From the NCBI GenBank assembly GCA_024401225.1, contig JAKSLM010000006.1, positions 18,350 to 82,349 on the forward strand: a stretch of DNA of 64,000 bases, in the 5' to 3' direction. Numbering within the stretch: position 1 is the first letter of the stretch; the number at the start of each line of letters is the position of its first letter. The notes under the pieces were generated by a model, which was given only the letters and a program-made list of their open reading frames with translations, did not search any database and was not told the origin of the DNA. Positions 8,205 to 18,591 of the stretch are shown in pieces. The position numbers and the translations under genes are program-made. Source of the DNA: Bacteroidaceae bacterium. Lineage in GTDB: Bacteria; Bacteroidota; Bacteroidia; Bacteroidales; Bacteroidaceae.

Positions 8205-8286
8205 TCCTTGCAAGGAGTTGGTAGTTTCCTTGCAAGGAGTTGATGATTTCCTTGCAAGGAGTTGGCTGTTTCCTTGCAAGGAGTTG
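8205..8286 (+). repeat. four 22-bp-phased copies of TCCTTGCAAGGAGTTG (12-bp perfect palindrome core)
   Basis: Exact 16-mers start at 8205, 8227, 8249 and 8271. They are separated by 6-nt variable spacers. Confidence 0.95.
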
Positions 8287-8551
8287 CTTGATTTCAATAA
8301 AATCATGTGTTTTAGTCACATTTTCCTATCCAAATGAGCCATAGATGTGAAAATTCAGAAGCGTACAAATGTGTGGTAAGTGCAGGGAATAGGATGGAAT
8401 GAGAGAGTCATAAATGTCTTTCGGTACCTGAGATTTGAGGAATTAAAGGTGTTTTGTCCCGTTTTTGAGTACTTGTATTCCAGGTCGCTTAAGGTTTGTA
8501 GTGTTGTATTTTGTTGATATGCTGCTTTTTAGAAGGAAAAGTACCGTTCGG

Positions 8552-8714
8552 GTGTTTCAGTTTCAGTTGTTTCAGTTGTTTTTTGAGGGGGGTGCATTCT
8601 TTTCTTTTTATATATAATATACTGATTATTAATTAAATATTAAGAATAAGATATGAGAAATGGGCGTATGATATACCCTTAAAAATGGAATTGAAACTGA
8701 AACAACTGAAACGC
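8552..8714. repeat. inverted GTTTCA-hexamer arrays (3+3) flanking a 109-nt AT-rich core
   Basis: The left arm is gtGTTTCAGTTTCAgttGTTTCAgttg. The right arm is its inverted counterpart gaatTGAAACTGAAACaacTGAAACgc. The core is about 80 percent A+T. Confidence 0.9.
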
Positions 8715-8875
8715 TTGGTCATGATTGATTGCTCTTCCTTTATAAGGCACTACTTTACGACAAATTGATTTGCTGCAAAGGATGTTTTCCTATGTCTTTT
8801 CAATTGTGGAAAGGTGTTTTTGTTTGCATAAACCATTTTTTTTCTATTATCTTTGTTTATTCAGCCGATTATGCG

Positions 8876-8883
8876 TACCTTTG
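8876..8883 (+). promoter_or_regulatory. -7 box TACCTTTG upstream of valS
   Basis: It matches TAnnTTTG and lies 42 nt upstream of the valS ATG. Confidence 0.5.
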
Positions 8884-8924
8884 CAAGGTTTTAGCGAAAT
8901 AAACGAAAAAATATCATATACAAT

Positions 8925-11636
8925 ATGGAATTAGCAACTAAATACAGTCCACAGGATGTGGAAAGCAAGTGGTACCAGTATTGGATGGACCACAAATTGT
9001 TCGCAAGCAAGCCAGATGGCCGTGAGCCATACACGATAGTTATCCCACCACCAAACGTGACAGGTGTGCTTCACATGGGACACATGCTGAACAACACTAT
9101 TCAGGATATCCTGATACGTAAGGCACGCATAGATGGTAAGAACGCATGCTGGGTACCTGGTACCGACCATGCTTCGATCGCTACTGAGGCTAAGGTGGTA
9201 AACCGCCTCGCAGAGCAGGGCATCAAGAAGCGTGACCTGACTCGTGAGGAGTTCCTTAAGCATGCATGGGATTGGACCGACGAACATGGTGGCATCATCC
9301 TCAAGCAGCTGCGCCGACTCGGTGCTTCGTGCGACTGGGACCGTACTGCCTTCACTATGGACGAACCACGCAGCGAATCGGTGCTCAAGGTGTTCGTTGA
9401 CCTCTACAAGAAGGGACTCATCTACCGCGGTCTTCGCATGGTAAACTGGGATCCTAAGGCTCAGACAGTACTCTCGACCGAGGAGGTAATCTACCGCGAT
9501 GAGAAGTCGAAGCTCTACCACTTACGTTACTATGTGGCTGATGCCGACGTGAACCCAGTAAAGCCTACAGGCGAAGAGGGCGAGGTGCTGCATCAGGATG
9601 CTGAGGGCCGCTACTATGCTGTGGTTGCCACTACTCGTCCAGAGACCATCATGGGCGATACAGCCATGTGTGTGAACCCTAAGGACCCTAAGAACCAGTG
9701 GCTCCGCGGACACAAGGTGATTGTACCTCTCGTAGGTCGCGTGATTCCTGTCATCGAGGACCGTTACGTAGATATTGAGTTTGGTACAGGATGTCTGAAG
9801 GTAACTCCTGCTCACGATGTAAATGACTATGCTCTCGGTAAGACTCACAATCTCGAGACTATCGACATATTCAACCCTGATGGTACCATCTCGGAGGCTG
9901 CTGGCATGTATGTAGGCCAGGATCGCATGGATGTGCGCAAGCAGATTGCCATCGACCTTCAGGCAGCCAACCTCATGGAGAAGATTGAGGACTATGAGAA
10001 CAAGGTGGGCTACTCTGAGCGCAATCAGGATACAGCCGTTGAACCTCGTCTCTGTAAGCAATGGTTCCTCTCGATGAAGCACTTTGCCGACATCGCTCTT
10101 CCACCAGTACTTGAAGGCAAGATCAAGTTCTACCCAACCAAGTACGTTACTACTTACCGCAACTGGTTGGAGAACATCCAGGATTGGTGTATCTCGCGCC
10201 AGCTCTGGTGGGGACATCGCATCCCTGCATATTTCCTTCCTACAGCCGAGGGCGAGGAGGAGAAGTACGTAGTAGCTCTCACAGCCGAAGAGGCACTCGA
10301 AGAGGCAAAGAAGGTGGCTGGATATGAGAACATCACTATCGATCAGCTGACTCGTGATGAGGATGCGCTCGACACATGGTTCTCTTCATGGCTCTGGCCA
10401 GTATCGCTCTTCGATGGTATCAACAATCCTGGCAACGAGGAGATCAAATACTACTACCCAACTGCTGACCTCGTAACAGGTCCGGACATCATCTTCTTCT
10501 GGGTGGCTCGTATGATCATGGCAGGTGAGGAGTATATGAAGGATGTTCCATTCCGCAACGTATATTTCACAGGTATCGTACGCGATAACCTCGGCCGTAA
10601 GATGTCGAAGTCGCTTGGTAACTCTCCTGACCCAATCGGTCTCATCGAGAAGTATGGTGCCGATGGCGTACGTATGGGTATGCTGCTCTCTGCTCCTGCA
10701 GGCAACGATATCCTCTTCGACGAACAGCTCTGCCAGCAGGGTGCTGCATTCTGTAATAAGATTTGGAACGCATTCCGTCTCGTAAAGGGATGGCAGGTGG
10801 ACGAGTCGATCGCTCAGCCAGAGGCAAACAAGAAGGCCATCGCATGGATGGAAGCAAAGATCAAGTCGGCCGTAGTGGAGATCAACGACCTCTACTCAAA
10901 GTATCGTCTCAACGAGGCTTTGATGGCTGTGTTCCACCTCTTTACCGACGAATTCTCAGGATGGTACCTCGAGATGATCAAGCCTGCTTACCAGGCACCA
11001 ATCGATGCTGCAACATTGAAGTCAACACTTGCATACTTCGAGCAGCTCATGAAGATCATCCACCCATTCATGCCATTCATCACCGAGGAACTCTATCAGC
11101 ACATCGCAGAGCGCAAGGATGGCGAATCGATCATGATCGACCCATTGCAGCTCCCAGCACCAACTGATGAGGATGCAAAGATCATCGCTGACATCGAACT
11201 GATGAAGCAGATCGTGGCAGGCGTTCGTGCCGTACGATCATCGAAGAATATCGCTCCAAAGGAGACACTTGCCCTGCAGATTGTAGGCGAGAATCCAGCA
11301 GCACAGTATGCTGACCTCATTCAGAAGATGGCAAACCTCTCGGGCATCGAAAGCGTGACTACCAAGGACGAGACTGCATCAGCATTCATGGTTGGTACAA
11401 CAGAGTTTGCCGTACCACTTGGCAACCTCATCGATACTGAGGCAGAGATTGCCAAGATGGAGGCTGAGGTGAAGCGTCTGCAGGGATTCCTCGTCGGCGT
11501 ACAGAAGAAGCTCAGCAATGAGCGATTCGTTGCCAATGCTCCTGCTCAGGTAGTAGAGCTTGAGAAGAAGAAGCAAGCCGATGCTGAGTCGAAGATTGCA
11601 TCGCTCACAGAAAGCATCGCTAAGCTCAGAGGATAA
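8925..11636 (+). CDS. valS: valine--tRNA ligase
   Basis: It is 903 aa with class I signatures ([13 protein letters not shown] and KMSKS), an editing-domain insertion, and a C-terminal coiled coil. Confidence 0.97.
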   Translation: MELATKYSPQDVESKWYQYWMDHKLFASKPDGREPYTIVIPPPNVTGVLHMGHMLNNTIQDILIRKARIDGKNACWVPGTDHASIATEAKVVNRLAEQGIKKRDLTREEFLKHAWDWTDEHGGIILKQLRRLGASCDWDRTAFTMDEPRSESVLKVFVDLYKKGLIYRGLRMVNWDPKAQTVLSTEEVIYRDEKSKLYHLRYYVADADVNPVKPTGEEGEVLHQDAEGRYYAVVATTRPETIMGDTAMCVNPKDPKNQWLRGHKVIVPLVGRVIPVIEDRYVDIEFGTGCLKVTPAHDVNDYALGKTHNLETIDIFNPDGTISEAAGMYVGQDRMDVRKQIAIDLQAANLMEKIEDYENKVGYSERNQDTAVEPRLCKQWFLSMKHFADIALPPVLEGKIKFYPTKYVTTYRNWLENIQDWCISRQLWWGHRIPAYFLPTAEGEEEKYVVALTAEEALEEAKKVAGYENITIDQLTRDEDALDTWFSSWLWPVSLFDGINNPGNEEIKYYYPTADLVTGPDIIFFWVARMIMAGEEYMKDVPFRNVYFTGIVRDNLGRKMSKSLGNSPDPIGLIEKYGADGVRMGMLLSAPAGNDILFDEQLCQQGAAFCNKIWNAFRLVKGWQVDESIAQPEANKKAIAWMEAKIKSAVVEINDLYSKYRLNEALMAVFHLFTDEFSGWYLEMIKPAYQAPIDAATLKSTLAYFEQLMKIIHPFMPFITEELYQHIAERKDGESIMIDPLQLPAPTDEDAKIIADIELMKQIVAGVRAVRSSKNIAPKETLALQIVGENPAAQYADLIQKMANLSGIESVTTKDETASAFMVGTTEFAVPLGNLIDTEAEIAKMEAEVKRLQGFLVGVQKKLSNERFVANAPAQVVELEKKKQADAESKIASLTESIAKLRG

Positions 11637-11693
11637 ACGCGTTAAAACTCATCGCCCTTTCCCGACCTTCTATGTAGGGATGGGCTTGAAAAT

Positions 11694-11731
11694 AAAAAAG
11701 CAGTTGCAGATAGGTTCTGCAACTGCTTTTT
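11694..11731. terminator. bidirectional intrinsic terminator between convergent valS and prfA
   Basis: The sequence is aaaaaa-gcagttgcaga-taggt-tctgcaactgc-ttttt, an 11-bp stem flanked by an A-run and a T-run. Confidence 0.8.
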
Positions 11732-11768
11732 CTTATTTCAAGTCTCTATTGTAGAGAAAAGTATTCTA

Positions 11769-12881
11769 TTACAACTCTGCCTCCTTGAGTCGTTCTGCAT
11801 TCTCGGCAACGATAAGGTGGTCGATGCAATCCTGGATGTCGCCATCCATGAAGGCTGCGAGGTTGTAGATGGTATAGTTGATGCGATGGTCGGTGATGCG
11901 TCCCTGAGGATAGTTGTAGGTGCGGATCTTGGCCGAGCGGTCGCCTGTAGATACGAGAGTCTTACGGCGTGATGCGATGTCGTCGATGTACTTCTGGTGT
12001 TCCTTATCATAGATGTAGGTGCGCAGACGTGCGAGGGCGCGTTCCTTATTCTTTGGTTGGTCGCGAGTCTCTGTACATTCGATGAGGATCTCCTCGGTCT
12101 CGCCAGTATTAGGGTTCTTCCACATGTAACGTGCACGAACGCCCGACTCAACCTTGTTGACATTCTGTCCACCGGCACCCGATGAACGGAATGTGTCCCA
12201 CTTGATTTCACCTTCGTTGATGACTACGTCAAATGCTTCTGCTTCAGGCAGTACGGCTACGGTAGCAGCAGAAGTGTGGACACGTCCCTGAGTCTCGGTG
12301 GCAGGTACTCGCTGTACGCGATGTACGCCCGACTCGTACTTCATGGTTCCGTACACGTTTTCGCCTGTCACGTTGCATACTATTTCCTTGTATCCACCGC
12401 TTGCACCTTCGGAGAATGAACTGATGGTAAGGTGCCATCCCTTCACCTCGCAATACTTTGAGTACATGCGGAACAGGTCGCCGGCAAATAGGGCAGCCTC
12501 GTCGCCTCCCGTACCGCCACGGATTTCGAGTGTGACATTCTTCGAGTCCTCAGGGTCGGCAGGGATGAGCAGGAGCTTGATCTCCTCCTCGAGCTCTGGG
12601 ATGCGCTTCTCGTTGGTAGCGATCTCCTCGCGAGCCATCTCCTTCATGTCGGGATCATCCTCCATGGAGAAGAGTTCCTTTGCCTCCTCGAGTCCGTTAA
12701 GGCAATTGATGTATTCCTTGCGGGCCTTCATGATGTCCTCAAGGTTCTTGTAGTCCTTGGTAAGTGCGACGTATCGTTTCTGGTCCGCAATGACGTTTGG
12801 GTCGGTGATGAGTGTGCTCACCTCCTCAAATCGTGCTACGAGACCATCAAGCTTTTCTAAAAGTGAAGTTGTTGCTGCCAT
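11769..12881 (-). CDS. prfA: peptide chain release factor 1
   Basis: It carries the GGQ motif (SGAGGQNVNKVESG) and the RF1-specific PAT tripeptide (RVPATETQGR). Confidence 0.95.
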   Translation of the reverse strand: MAATTSLLEKLDGLVARFEEVSTLITDPNVIADQKRYVALTKDYKNLEDIMKARKEYINCLNGLEEAKELFSMEDDPDMKEMAREEIATNEKRIPELEEEIKLLLIPADPEDSKNVTLEIRGGTGGDEAALFAGDLFRMYSKYCEVKGWHLTISSFSEGASGGYKEIVCNVTGENVYGTMKYESGVHRVQRVPATETQGRVHTSAATVAVLPEAEAFDVVINEGEIKWDTFRSSGAGGQNVNKVESGVRARYMWKNPNTGETEEILIECTETRDQPKNKERALARLRTYIYDKEHQKYIDDIASRRKTLVSTGDRSAKIRTYNYPQGRITDHRINYTIYNLAAFMDGDIQDCIDHLIVAENAERLKEAEL

Positions 12882-14056
12882 TAGTAGTTAAATTCTCCGA
12901 ATTCTGACTTGATAGTGAGTGACTTAGGACCTTCTTCGATACGACCGATAATCTGAGCGTCGATATTGAATGACTTGCTGATTTCGATGACCTTCTGAGC
13001 ATCTTCTGGAGCGAGGTAAACTTCGAGACGGTGTCCCATGTTGAATACCTTGTAAGCTTCTGCATAGTCGGTACCTGACTCCTTGATGATAGCCTTGAAG
13101 AGTGGAGGGACTGGGAACATGTTGTCCTTAATGACGCGGCAGTTGTCGCCAACGAAGTGAAGAACCTTTGTCTGCGCTCCACCTGTACAATGTACCATAC
13201 CGTGAATCTTTGGACGAAGTTCGTCGAGGAGCTTCTTTACAACAGGAGCGTATGTGCGGGTAGGGGAGAGGACAAGCTTGCCTGCGTTGATAGGCGATCC
13301 TTCAACCTCATCCGTCAACTTATATGAACCAGAATAAACGAGTTCCTCTGGCACAGCCTTGTCGAATGATTCAGGATACTTATCTGCAAGATACTTGCTG
13401 AACACATCGTGACGGGCAGAAGTGAGTCCGTTTGAACCCATACCACCATTGTACTCCTTCTCGTATGTAGCCTGTCCGCTTGAAGAAAGACCTACGATAA
13501 CATCGCCTGGACGTATGTTCGCGTTATCGATCACGTCACTACGCTTCATACGGCAAGTAACGGTAGAGTCAACGATGATGGTACGTACGAGGTCGCCGAC
13601 ATCGGCAGTCTCACCACCAGTTGCATAGATGCCGACACCCATGTCGCGCATCTGCTGGAGGAGTTCGTCTGTTCCGTTGATGATGGCAGAGATAACCTCG
13701 CCAGGGATGAGCATCTTGTTGCGACCGATAGTGGATGAAACAAGAATATTGTCAACAGCACCTACACAGAGCAGGTCGTCGGTGTTCATGATGAGTGCGT
13801 CCTGTGCTATTCCCTTCCATACGGAGATGTCGCCAGTCTCCTTCCAGTACATGTATGCAAGGCTTGACTTTGTACCGGCTCCGTCGGCATGCATGATGTT
13901 GCAATACTCAGGGTCGCCACCGAGAATGTCAGGTATGATTTTACAGAAAGCCTGAGGGAAAATTCCCTTGTCGATATTTTTAATAGCATTGTGCACGTCC
14001 TCCTTGGCTGCACTTACACCGCGCATCATGTAGCGCTGTTTGTTGTCAATTGCCAT
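12881..14056 (-). CDS. purM: phosphoribosylformylglycinamidine cyclo-ligase (AIR synthase)
   Basis: It has PurM-type N- and C-terminal domains (HADGAGTKS, ATGGETADVGD). Its stop overlaps the prfA start by 1 nt. Confidence 0.88.
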   Translation of the reverse strand: MAIDNKQRYMMRGVSAAKEDVHNAIKNIDKGIFPQAFCKIIPDILGGDPEYCNIMHADGAGTKSSLAYMYWKETGDISVWKGIAQDALIMNTDDLLCVGAVDNILVSSTIGRNKMLIPGEVISAIINGTDELLQQMRDMGVGIYATGGETADVGDLVRTIIVDSTVTCRMKRSDVIDNANIRPGDVIVGLSSSGQATYEKEYNGGMGSNGLTSARHDVFSKYLADKYPESFDKAVPEELVYSGSYKLTDEVEGSPINAGKLVLSPTRTYAPVVKKLLDELRPKIHGMVHCTGGAQTKVLHFVGDNCRVIKDNMFPVPPLFKAIIKESGTDYAEAYKVFNMGHRLEVYLAPEDAQKVIEISKSFNIDAQIIGRIEEGPKSLTIKSEFGEFNY

Positions 14057-14088
14057 ACGAATTAATCTATTATGTATTAAATTTTGTG

Positions 14089-14096
14089 CAAAGGTA
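14089..14096 (-). promoter_or_regulatory. -7 box TACCTTTG upstream of purM-prfA
   Basis: The plus strand reads caaaggta, 33 nt upstream of the purM ATG. Confidence 0.5.
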
Positions 14097-14139
14097 GTGA
14101 AAATTTGTAATATTTGATAGATATATGAAAATCTTTTAC

Positions 14140-14147
14140 TAAATTTG
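14140..14147 (+). promoter_or_regulatory. -7 box TAAATTTG upstream of lpxD
   Basis: It matches the consensus and lies 32 nt upstream of the lpxD ATG, divergent from the purM promoter. Confidence 0.5.
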
Positions 14148-14178
14148 CAGTCATTATTAATAATTATTGTTATAGAAA

Positions 14179-15219
14179 ATGGTATTTACCGCACAACAAA
14201 TAGCAGGATTCTGTGGCGGAACGGTTGAGGGCAACCCAGATGCGCAGGTAACTACATTTGCGAAAATTGAAGAGGGTACGGAAGGTGCGCTGAGTTTTTT
14301 GGCAAATCTTCAGTACGAGAATTATATATACGAGACTAAGTCAAGTGTGGTGCTCGTAAACAAGGATTTTCAACCAAAACAAGATATTGCTACTACTTTG
14401 GTTCGTGTTGACAACGCTTACGAGAGTGTAGCAAAGCTTCTTCAGCTCTATCAGTCGATGCAGCAGAAGCGAGTGGGCATTGATTCGCTTGCGTTCATCC
14501 ATCCAACGGCAAAGATTGGCAAGGATTGCTACATCGGTCCGTTCGTTGCCATTGGCGAGAATGTTGAAGTAGGCGACGGATGCGTATTCCACCCACATGT
14601 CACTATCGGCGCAAATGCAAAGGTGGGCTGCAATACGGAGATCTACAGCAACGCCGTGATTTATCACGATTGCGTAGTAGGCAACAATTGCATTCTTCAT
14701 GCAGGATGTGTGATTGGTGCTGATGGATTCGGTTTTGCTCCAAGTGCCAACGGATACGAGAAGATTCCTCAGATTGGTATCGTAACCATCGAGGACAACG
14801 TGGAGATCGGTGCAAACACTTGTGTTGACCGTTCGACCATGGGCTCGACATACGTTCGCAAGGGCGTAAAGCTTGACAACCTTGTGCAGATAGCTCACAA
14901 CTGCGAAGTGGGACAGAACACAGTAATGTCGGCACAGGTAGGTGTGGCAGGAAGCGCTAAGATTGGCGAGTGGTGCGTATTTGGCGGACAGGTAGGTGTA
15001 GCAGGTCATCTCTCTGTAGGCGATCGCACTCGAGTAGGTGCGAAGACAGGCATCACAGGCGGCAATCTGGCACGAAAAGGCGATTGCACTCTTATGGGTA
15101 TGCCTGCAATTGAGTCAAAGAAGTGGTCGCGCAACGCAGCTGTGCTCAGAAATCTCTCATCATTGCAACAGGAGGTTGAGCAGCTGAAGAAGGAACTTGA
15201 AGAACTAAAGAATAAGTAA
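14179..15219 (+). CDS. lpxD: UDP-3-O-(3-hydroxyacyl)glucosamine N-acyltransferase
   Basis: It has an N-terminal uridine-binding domain, a long hexapeptide-repeat LbH domain and a C-terminal helix. It sits directly upstream of lpxC and lpxA. Confidence 0.92.
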   Translation: MVFTAQQIAGFCGGTVEGNPDAQVTTFAKIEEGTEGALSFLANLQYENYIYETKSSVVLVNKDFQPKQDIATTLVRVDNAYESVAKLLQLYQSMQQKRVGIDSLAFIHPTAKIGKDCYIGPFVAIGENVEVGDGCVFHPHVTIGANAKVGCNTEIYSNAVIYHDCVVGNNCILHAGCVIGADGFGFAPSANGYEKIPQIGIVTIEDNVEIGANTCVDRSTMGSTYVRKGVKLDNLVQIAHNCEVGQNTVMSAQVGVAGSAKIGEWCVFGGQVGVAGHLSVGDRTRVGAKTGITGGNLARKGDCTLMGMPAIESKKWSRNAAVLRNLSSLQQEVEQLKKELEELKNK

Positions 15220-15221
15220 TA

Positions 15222-16121
15222 ATGAGACAGACTACATTGAAGGACAGTTTCACGATGCAGGGCAAAGGTCTCCATACTGGTGCCTTTATCACAGCAACAT
15301 TCTGTCCCGCAGATGCAAATTTCGGATATAAAATACAACGAACAGATATAGAAGGACAGCCAGTCATTCCTTGCGACGCAACCATCGTTGGCGACACTCA
15401 GCGAGGAACTGTACTCGTTCAGGGAGATATAAAGATCAGTACCATCGAACATGCCATGGCTGCTTTGCTTGCAGCAGGTATCGACAATGTACTCATTAAA
15501 CTTGACGGACCTGAGATGCCTATCCTCGATGGTAGTGCATACTATTGGACTCAAAACATCAGCAAAGTTGGCATTGAAGAGCAGGACGTTGAGAAGGATT
15601 ATATCGTAATAGATAAGGTGATAGAAGTAGAGGGTGATAATGGAGAGAAGATTTGTATCGAACCTGCCGACCATTTCGAGGTAGAAGTGACAACCGACTT
15701 TGGCGATAGCATTCTCGGACGCGCTACAGCATCGCTTTCTTCGCTCGATCAATTTGCTACAGACTATTCGTCAGCTCGCACCTTCGTATTTGTAAGAGAG
15801 ATAGAACCTCTTCTTCAGATGGGACTCATCAAAGGAGGCGACCTCGGAAATGCCATCGTGATCTATGAGCGCCAGTTGCCTCAGGAGCGTTTCGATGCTT
15901 TGACCGACAAGCTTGGTGTGGATCGCATGAATGCTTCGCAGCTCGGCTACCTCAACCCAAAGCCTCTGACATGGGACAATGAGTGTACACGACACAAGTT
16001 GCTTGATATCATAGGTGACCTCGCACTCGTAGGTCGTCCTATCAAGGGCAAGGTAACAGCCTATAAGCCAGGTCATGGTATCAACAACAAGTTTGCGCGT
16101 GCCATCCTCAGCAATATTTAG
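15222..16121 (+). CDS. lpxC: UDP-3-O-acyl-N-acetylglucosamine deacetylase (stand-alone, no FabZ domain)
   Basis: It carries LpxC motifs (TIEHAMAAL, RHKLLDIIGDLAL, YKPGHGINNKFA). The ORF stops at 299 aa, and the next 88 nt are non-coding. Confidence 0.9.
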   Translation: MRQTTLKDSFTMQGKGLHTGAFITATFCPADANFGYKIQRTDIEGQPVIPCDATIVGDTQRGTVLVQGDIKISTIEHAMAALLAAGIDNVLIKLDGPEMPILDGSAYYWTQNISKVGIEEQDVEKDYIVIDKVIEVEGDNGEKICIEPADHFEVEVTTDFGDSILGRATASLSSLDQFATDYSSARTFVFVREIEPLLQMGLIKGGDLGNAIVIYERQLPQERFDALTDKLGVDRMNASQLGYLNPKPLTWDNECTRHKLLDIIGDLALVGRPIKGKVTAYKPGHGINNKFARAILSNI

Positions 16122-16208
16122 AATCATAATTTGTTTATAATAAATACATTTTGTGGCAGCAACCGTAAGAACCATGTGTTGTTTCCATAAGAATAGAAAA
16201 GAAATTAA

Positions 16209-16983
16209 AATGTCAAAAATCAGTCCATTAGCATTTATCGATCCAGAAGCAAAGATTGGTGAGAATTGTGAAATCGGTCCTTTCTGCTTCATCGATAAGA
16301 ATGTAATTATAGGCGACAACAATACTTTGATGAATAGTGTCACCTTGCTCAGCGGTACTCGTATGGGCAATGGCAACACGCTCTTCCCAGGTGCTGTGAT
16401 AGGTGCTGTGCCTCAGGACCTTAAGTTCCGTGGTGAGGAAACTACTGTCGAGATTGGTGACAACAACAAGATACGTGAGAACGTTACAATCCATCGTGGA
16501 ACTGCCAGCAAGGGAAAGACCGTGGTAGGCAGTAATAATCTCATCATGGAGAATGCCCACATCGCTCACGATTGCGAGTTCGGTTCGGGCATCATAATGG
16601 GTAACTCTACCAAGCTTGCAGGTGAAGTGATTGTGGATGATAATGCTATCATCTCAGCTGTGGTTCTTGTTCATCAGTTCTGCCGCATCGGAGGCTACAC
16701 TATGGTTCAGGGCGGTAGCCGCACTCCAAAGGATATTCCTCCATTTATCATGGCAGGCAAGGAACCAATCTCATACTTTGGTCTTAACATAGTTGGTCTT
16801 CGTCGTCGTGGATTCAGCAACCAGCTCATCGACAACATCCATCATGCGTACCGACTCATCTACAATTGCAATCTCACGGTAGCTGATGCCATCGAGCAGA
16901 TACGCCAGGAGGTTCCTATGAGTCCTGAGATTGAGTATATCATAGATTTTGTTGGCAACTCTAAGAGAGGTATAATCCGTTAA
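16209..16983 (+). CDS. lpxA: acyl-ACP--UDP-N-acetylglucosamine O-acyltransferase
   Basis: It has hexapeptide repeats plus a helical C-terminal domain. I chose the start at MSKISPLAFIDPEAKIG. The ORF-track start at 16153 adds 19 unlikely residues. Confidence 0.92.
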
Positions 16984-16989
16984 TATCAT

Positions 16990-17532
16990 ATGGTTTACAG
17001 ATTTACAGTCATTTCCGATGAAGTCGATGACTTCATGCGTGAGATTCAGCTCGACAGCGATGCAACGTTTCTCGATTTCCACAAACTGATAGTGGAGAGC
17101 TGCGGATATTCGGACGACCAGCTGACTACATTCACCATCTGCGAAAATGGATGGGAGAAGGGCCAGGAGATTACAATGGAGGTCATGGATACCGAAGCCT
17201 ACGAGGACAGCTACATCATGGCTGAGACTGAGCTTTCTGAGTTTCTCGAGGACGAGAAGCAGCATTTGCTTTACACTTTCGATCCTCTCGCTGATCGCGT
17301 GTTCTTCATCGAACTTAGCGAGATCATCACAGGCAAGAGCATGAAGGGCGGCAAGATCACCAAGAAGATGGGTGAAGCACCTAAGCAGATGCTTGACTTC
17401 GACCAGATGTTTGAGATGAATCCTATCGTAGGTGACTCTTCGTTCAGCGATGATGAGGATTTCTATGGCAGCGGTATTGATCAGGAAGACATCGACCTTG
17501 AAGGTCTGGAAATCAGCGACGGTCAGTTCTAA
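16990..17532 (+). CDS. acidic hypothetical protein (possibly pRiA4b ORF-3-like fold)
   Basis: It is 180 aa and very acidic. The N-terminus YRFTVISDEVDDFMREIQLDSDATFLDFHKLI resembles the pRiA4b ORF-3 / TnpR-passenger family as I remember it. Confidence 0.35.
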   Translation: MVYRFTVISDEVDDFMREIQLDSDATFLDFHKLIVESCGYSDDQLTTFTICENGWEKGQEITMEVMDTEAYEDSYIMAETELSEFLEDEKQHLLYTFDPLADRVFFIELSEIITGKSMKGGKITKKMGEAPKQMLDFDQMFEMNPIVGDSSFSDDEDFYGSGIDQEDIDLEGLEISDGQF

Positions 17533-17602
17533 TGCATCGTATTTGATCATTGTCCTTCATATATTAATGTAGCACTCGTATCGTAGAAAAATAGTACTCA
17601 CA

Positions 17603-18517
17603 TTGCCTAAGCTGATAGTCATATTGGGTCCTACAGCTGTCGGAAAGACGGAGCTGAGTCTGAGGGTTGCTGAACATTTTCGGTGTCCCATCATCAATGC
17701 TGACTCACGCCAGATATACCGCGACATCGCAATAGGGACAGCAGCACCTACGGCCGAGGAGATGAAGCGCGTAGAGCACTATTTCGTTCATACAAAGCAA
17801 CTCGACGAATACTATAGTGCTGCACAGTATGAGGAGGATGTGCTCAATCTGCTTAATACACTCTTTAAGACGCATGAAGTTGTGGTTCTCTCAGGAGGTT
17901 CGATGATGTATATTGATGCCGTAACCAAAGGTATTGATGACATCCCTACCATCGATGATGACACACGCCAGTTGATAAAGCAGCGCTATGAGAAAGAAGG
18001 ACTCGAACCGCTTCTCGCAGAACTCAAGCTTCTCGATCCAGAATATTACAACATAGTGGACAAGAAGAATCACAAGCGTGTCGTTCATGCTCTTGAGATA
18101 TGCTACATGACAGGTAATACTTTCACTTCCTATCGTGTCAACGAACGCAAGCACCGCCCATTCTCAATCATAAAGATTGGACTAAGGCGCGAGCGTGAGG
18201 ACCTCTTCAACCGAATCAACCAACGTGTGGATAAGATGATGCAAGAAGGATTCATGGACGAGGCAAAGAGAGTTTATCCTTTACGTCAACTCAATTCGCT
18301 CAATACGGTGGGTTACAAGGAGTTGTTTAATGTGATTGCTGGTGAATGGGAACTTCCTATGGCCACCGAACGAATAAAGAAAAATACACGAGTCTATGCT
18401 AAAAAACAAATGACTTGGTATAAGAAAGATAACGAAATCCAATGGGTGGATGTTGATAAAATGACTGTCGATGAAGCGGTCGCTAAGATTGTCGGTCTTG
18501 CTTGTGCAGACGTTTAG
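17603..18517 (+). CDS. miaA: tRNA dimethylallyltransferase
   Basis: It has the P-loop [11 protein letters not shown] and the ADSRQIYRD motif, and appears to use a TTG start. Confidence 0.9.
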   Translation: MPKLIVILGPTAVGKTELSLRVAEHFRCPIINADSRQIYRDIAIGTAAPTAEEMKRVEHYFVHTKQLDEYYSAAQYEEDVLNLLNTLFKTHEVVVLSGGSMMYIDAVTKGIDDIPTIDDDTRQLIKQRYEKEGLEPLLAELKLLDPEYYNIVDKKNHKRVVHALEICYMTGNTFTSYRVNERKHRPFSIIKIGLRREREDLFNRINQRVDKMMQEGFMDEAKRVYPLRQLNSLNTVGYKELFNVIAGEWELPMATERIKKNTRVYAKKQMTWYKKDNEIQWVDVDKMTVDEAVAKIVGLACADV

Positions 18518-18591
18518 AAAAAGAAGCGGATGACAGTTCTGTTGGCAGATGATAGATAGCTAGTGGACTTCGTAAAATAAATGTGTTTGTC

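Noticed and set aside
8045-8257. 70-aa ORF at 8045-8257, and ORFs 39837-40211 and 39988-40362, running through the TCCTTGCAAGGA arrays
   Set aside because: Their reading frames are made of repeat units (LARS/PCKE-type repeats). There are no start signals, and the two loci do not conserve any protein frame.
8205-8286. CRISPR array interpretation of the 22-bp-phased repeats
   Set aside because: The spacers are only 6 nt, the repeat is a short perfect palindrome, there are only four units, and no cas genes are in the window.
8760-8924. T-box, riboswitch or leader control upstream of valS, and a lysine riboswitch upstream of lysC (31536-31576)
   Set aside because: No specifier or T-box-like conserved sequence is recognisable. 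The lysC upstream gap is only 41 nt.
8290-8925. Chromosomal replication origin (oriC) at the AT-rich element upstream of valS
   Set aside because: I found no cluster of DnaA-box-like 9-mers (TTATCCACA/TGTGGATAA), only an isolated near-match at about 8020. There is no dnaA or dnaN nearby, and a second homologous element exists at 39.7 kb.
8931-10217. Long antisense ORFs inside valS (8931-9521 and 9522-10217), and similar ones inside lpxD/lpxC (14341-15009, 15006-15752), lpxA (16771-17550), PBP1A (19447-20184), the helicase (21009-21647), mlaD (23279-24024), greA (40160-40732), trpC (43019-43837), trpD (45548-46123) and secA (58382-59014)
   Set aside because: Each lies opposite a gene with strong family motifs. 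Each has odd composition (Cys/His/Val-rich) and no promoter box. They are best explained as codon-bias shadows.
11738-12211. 157-aa Arg/Ser-rich ORF overlapping prfA in another frame
   Set aside because: It lies on the same strand as prfA but out of frame, is extremely Arg/Ser/Thr-biased, and has no independent signals.
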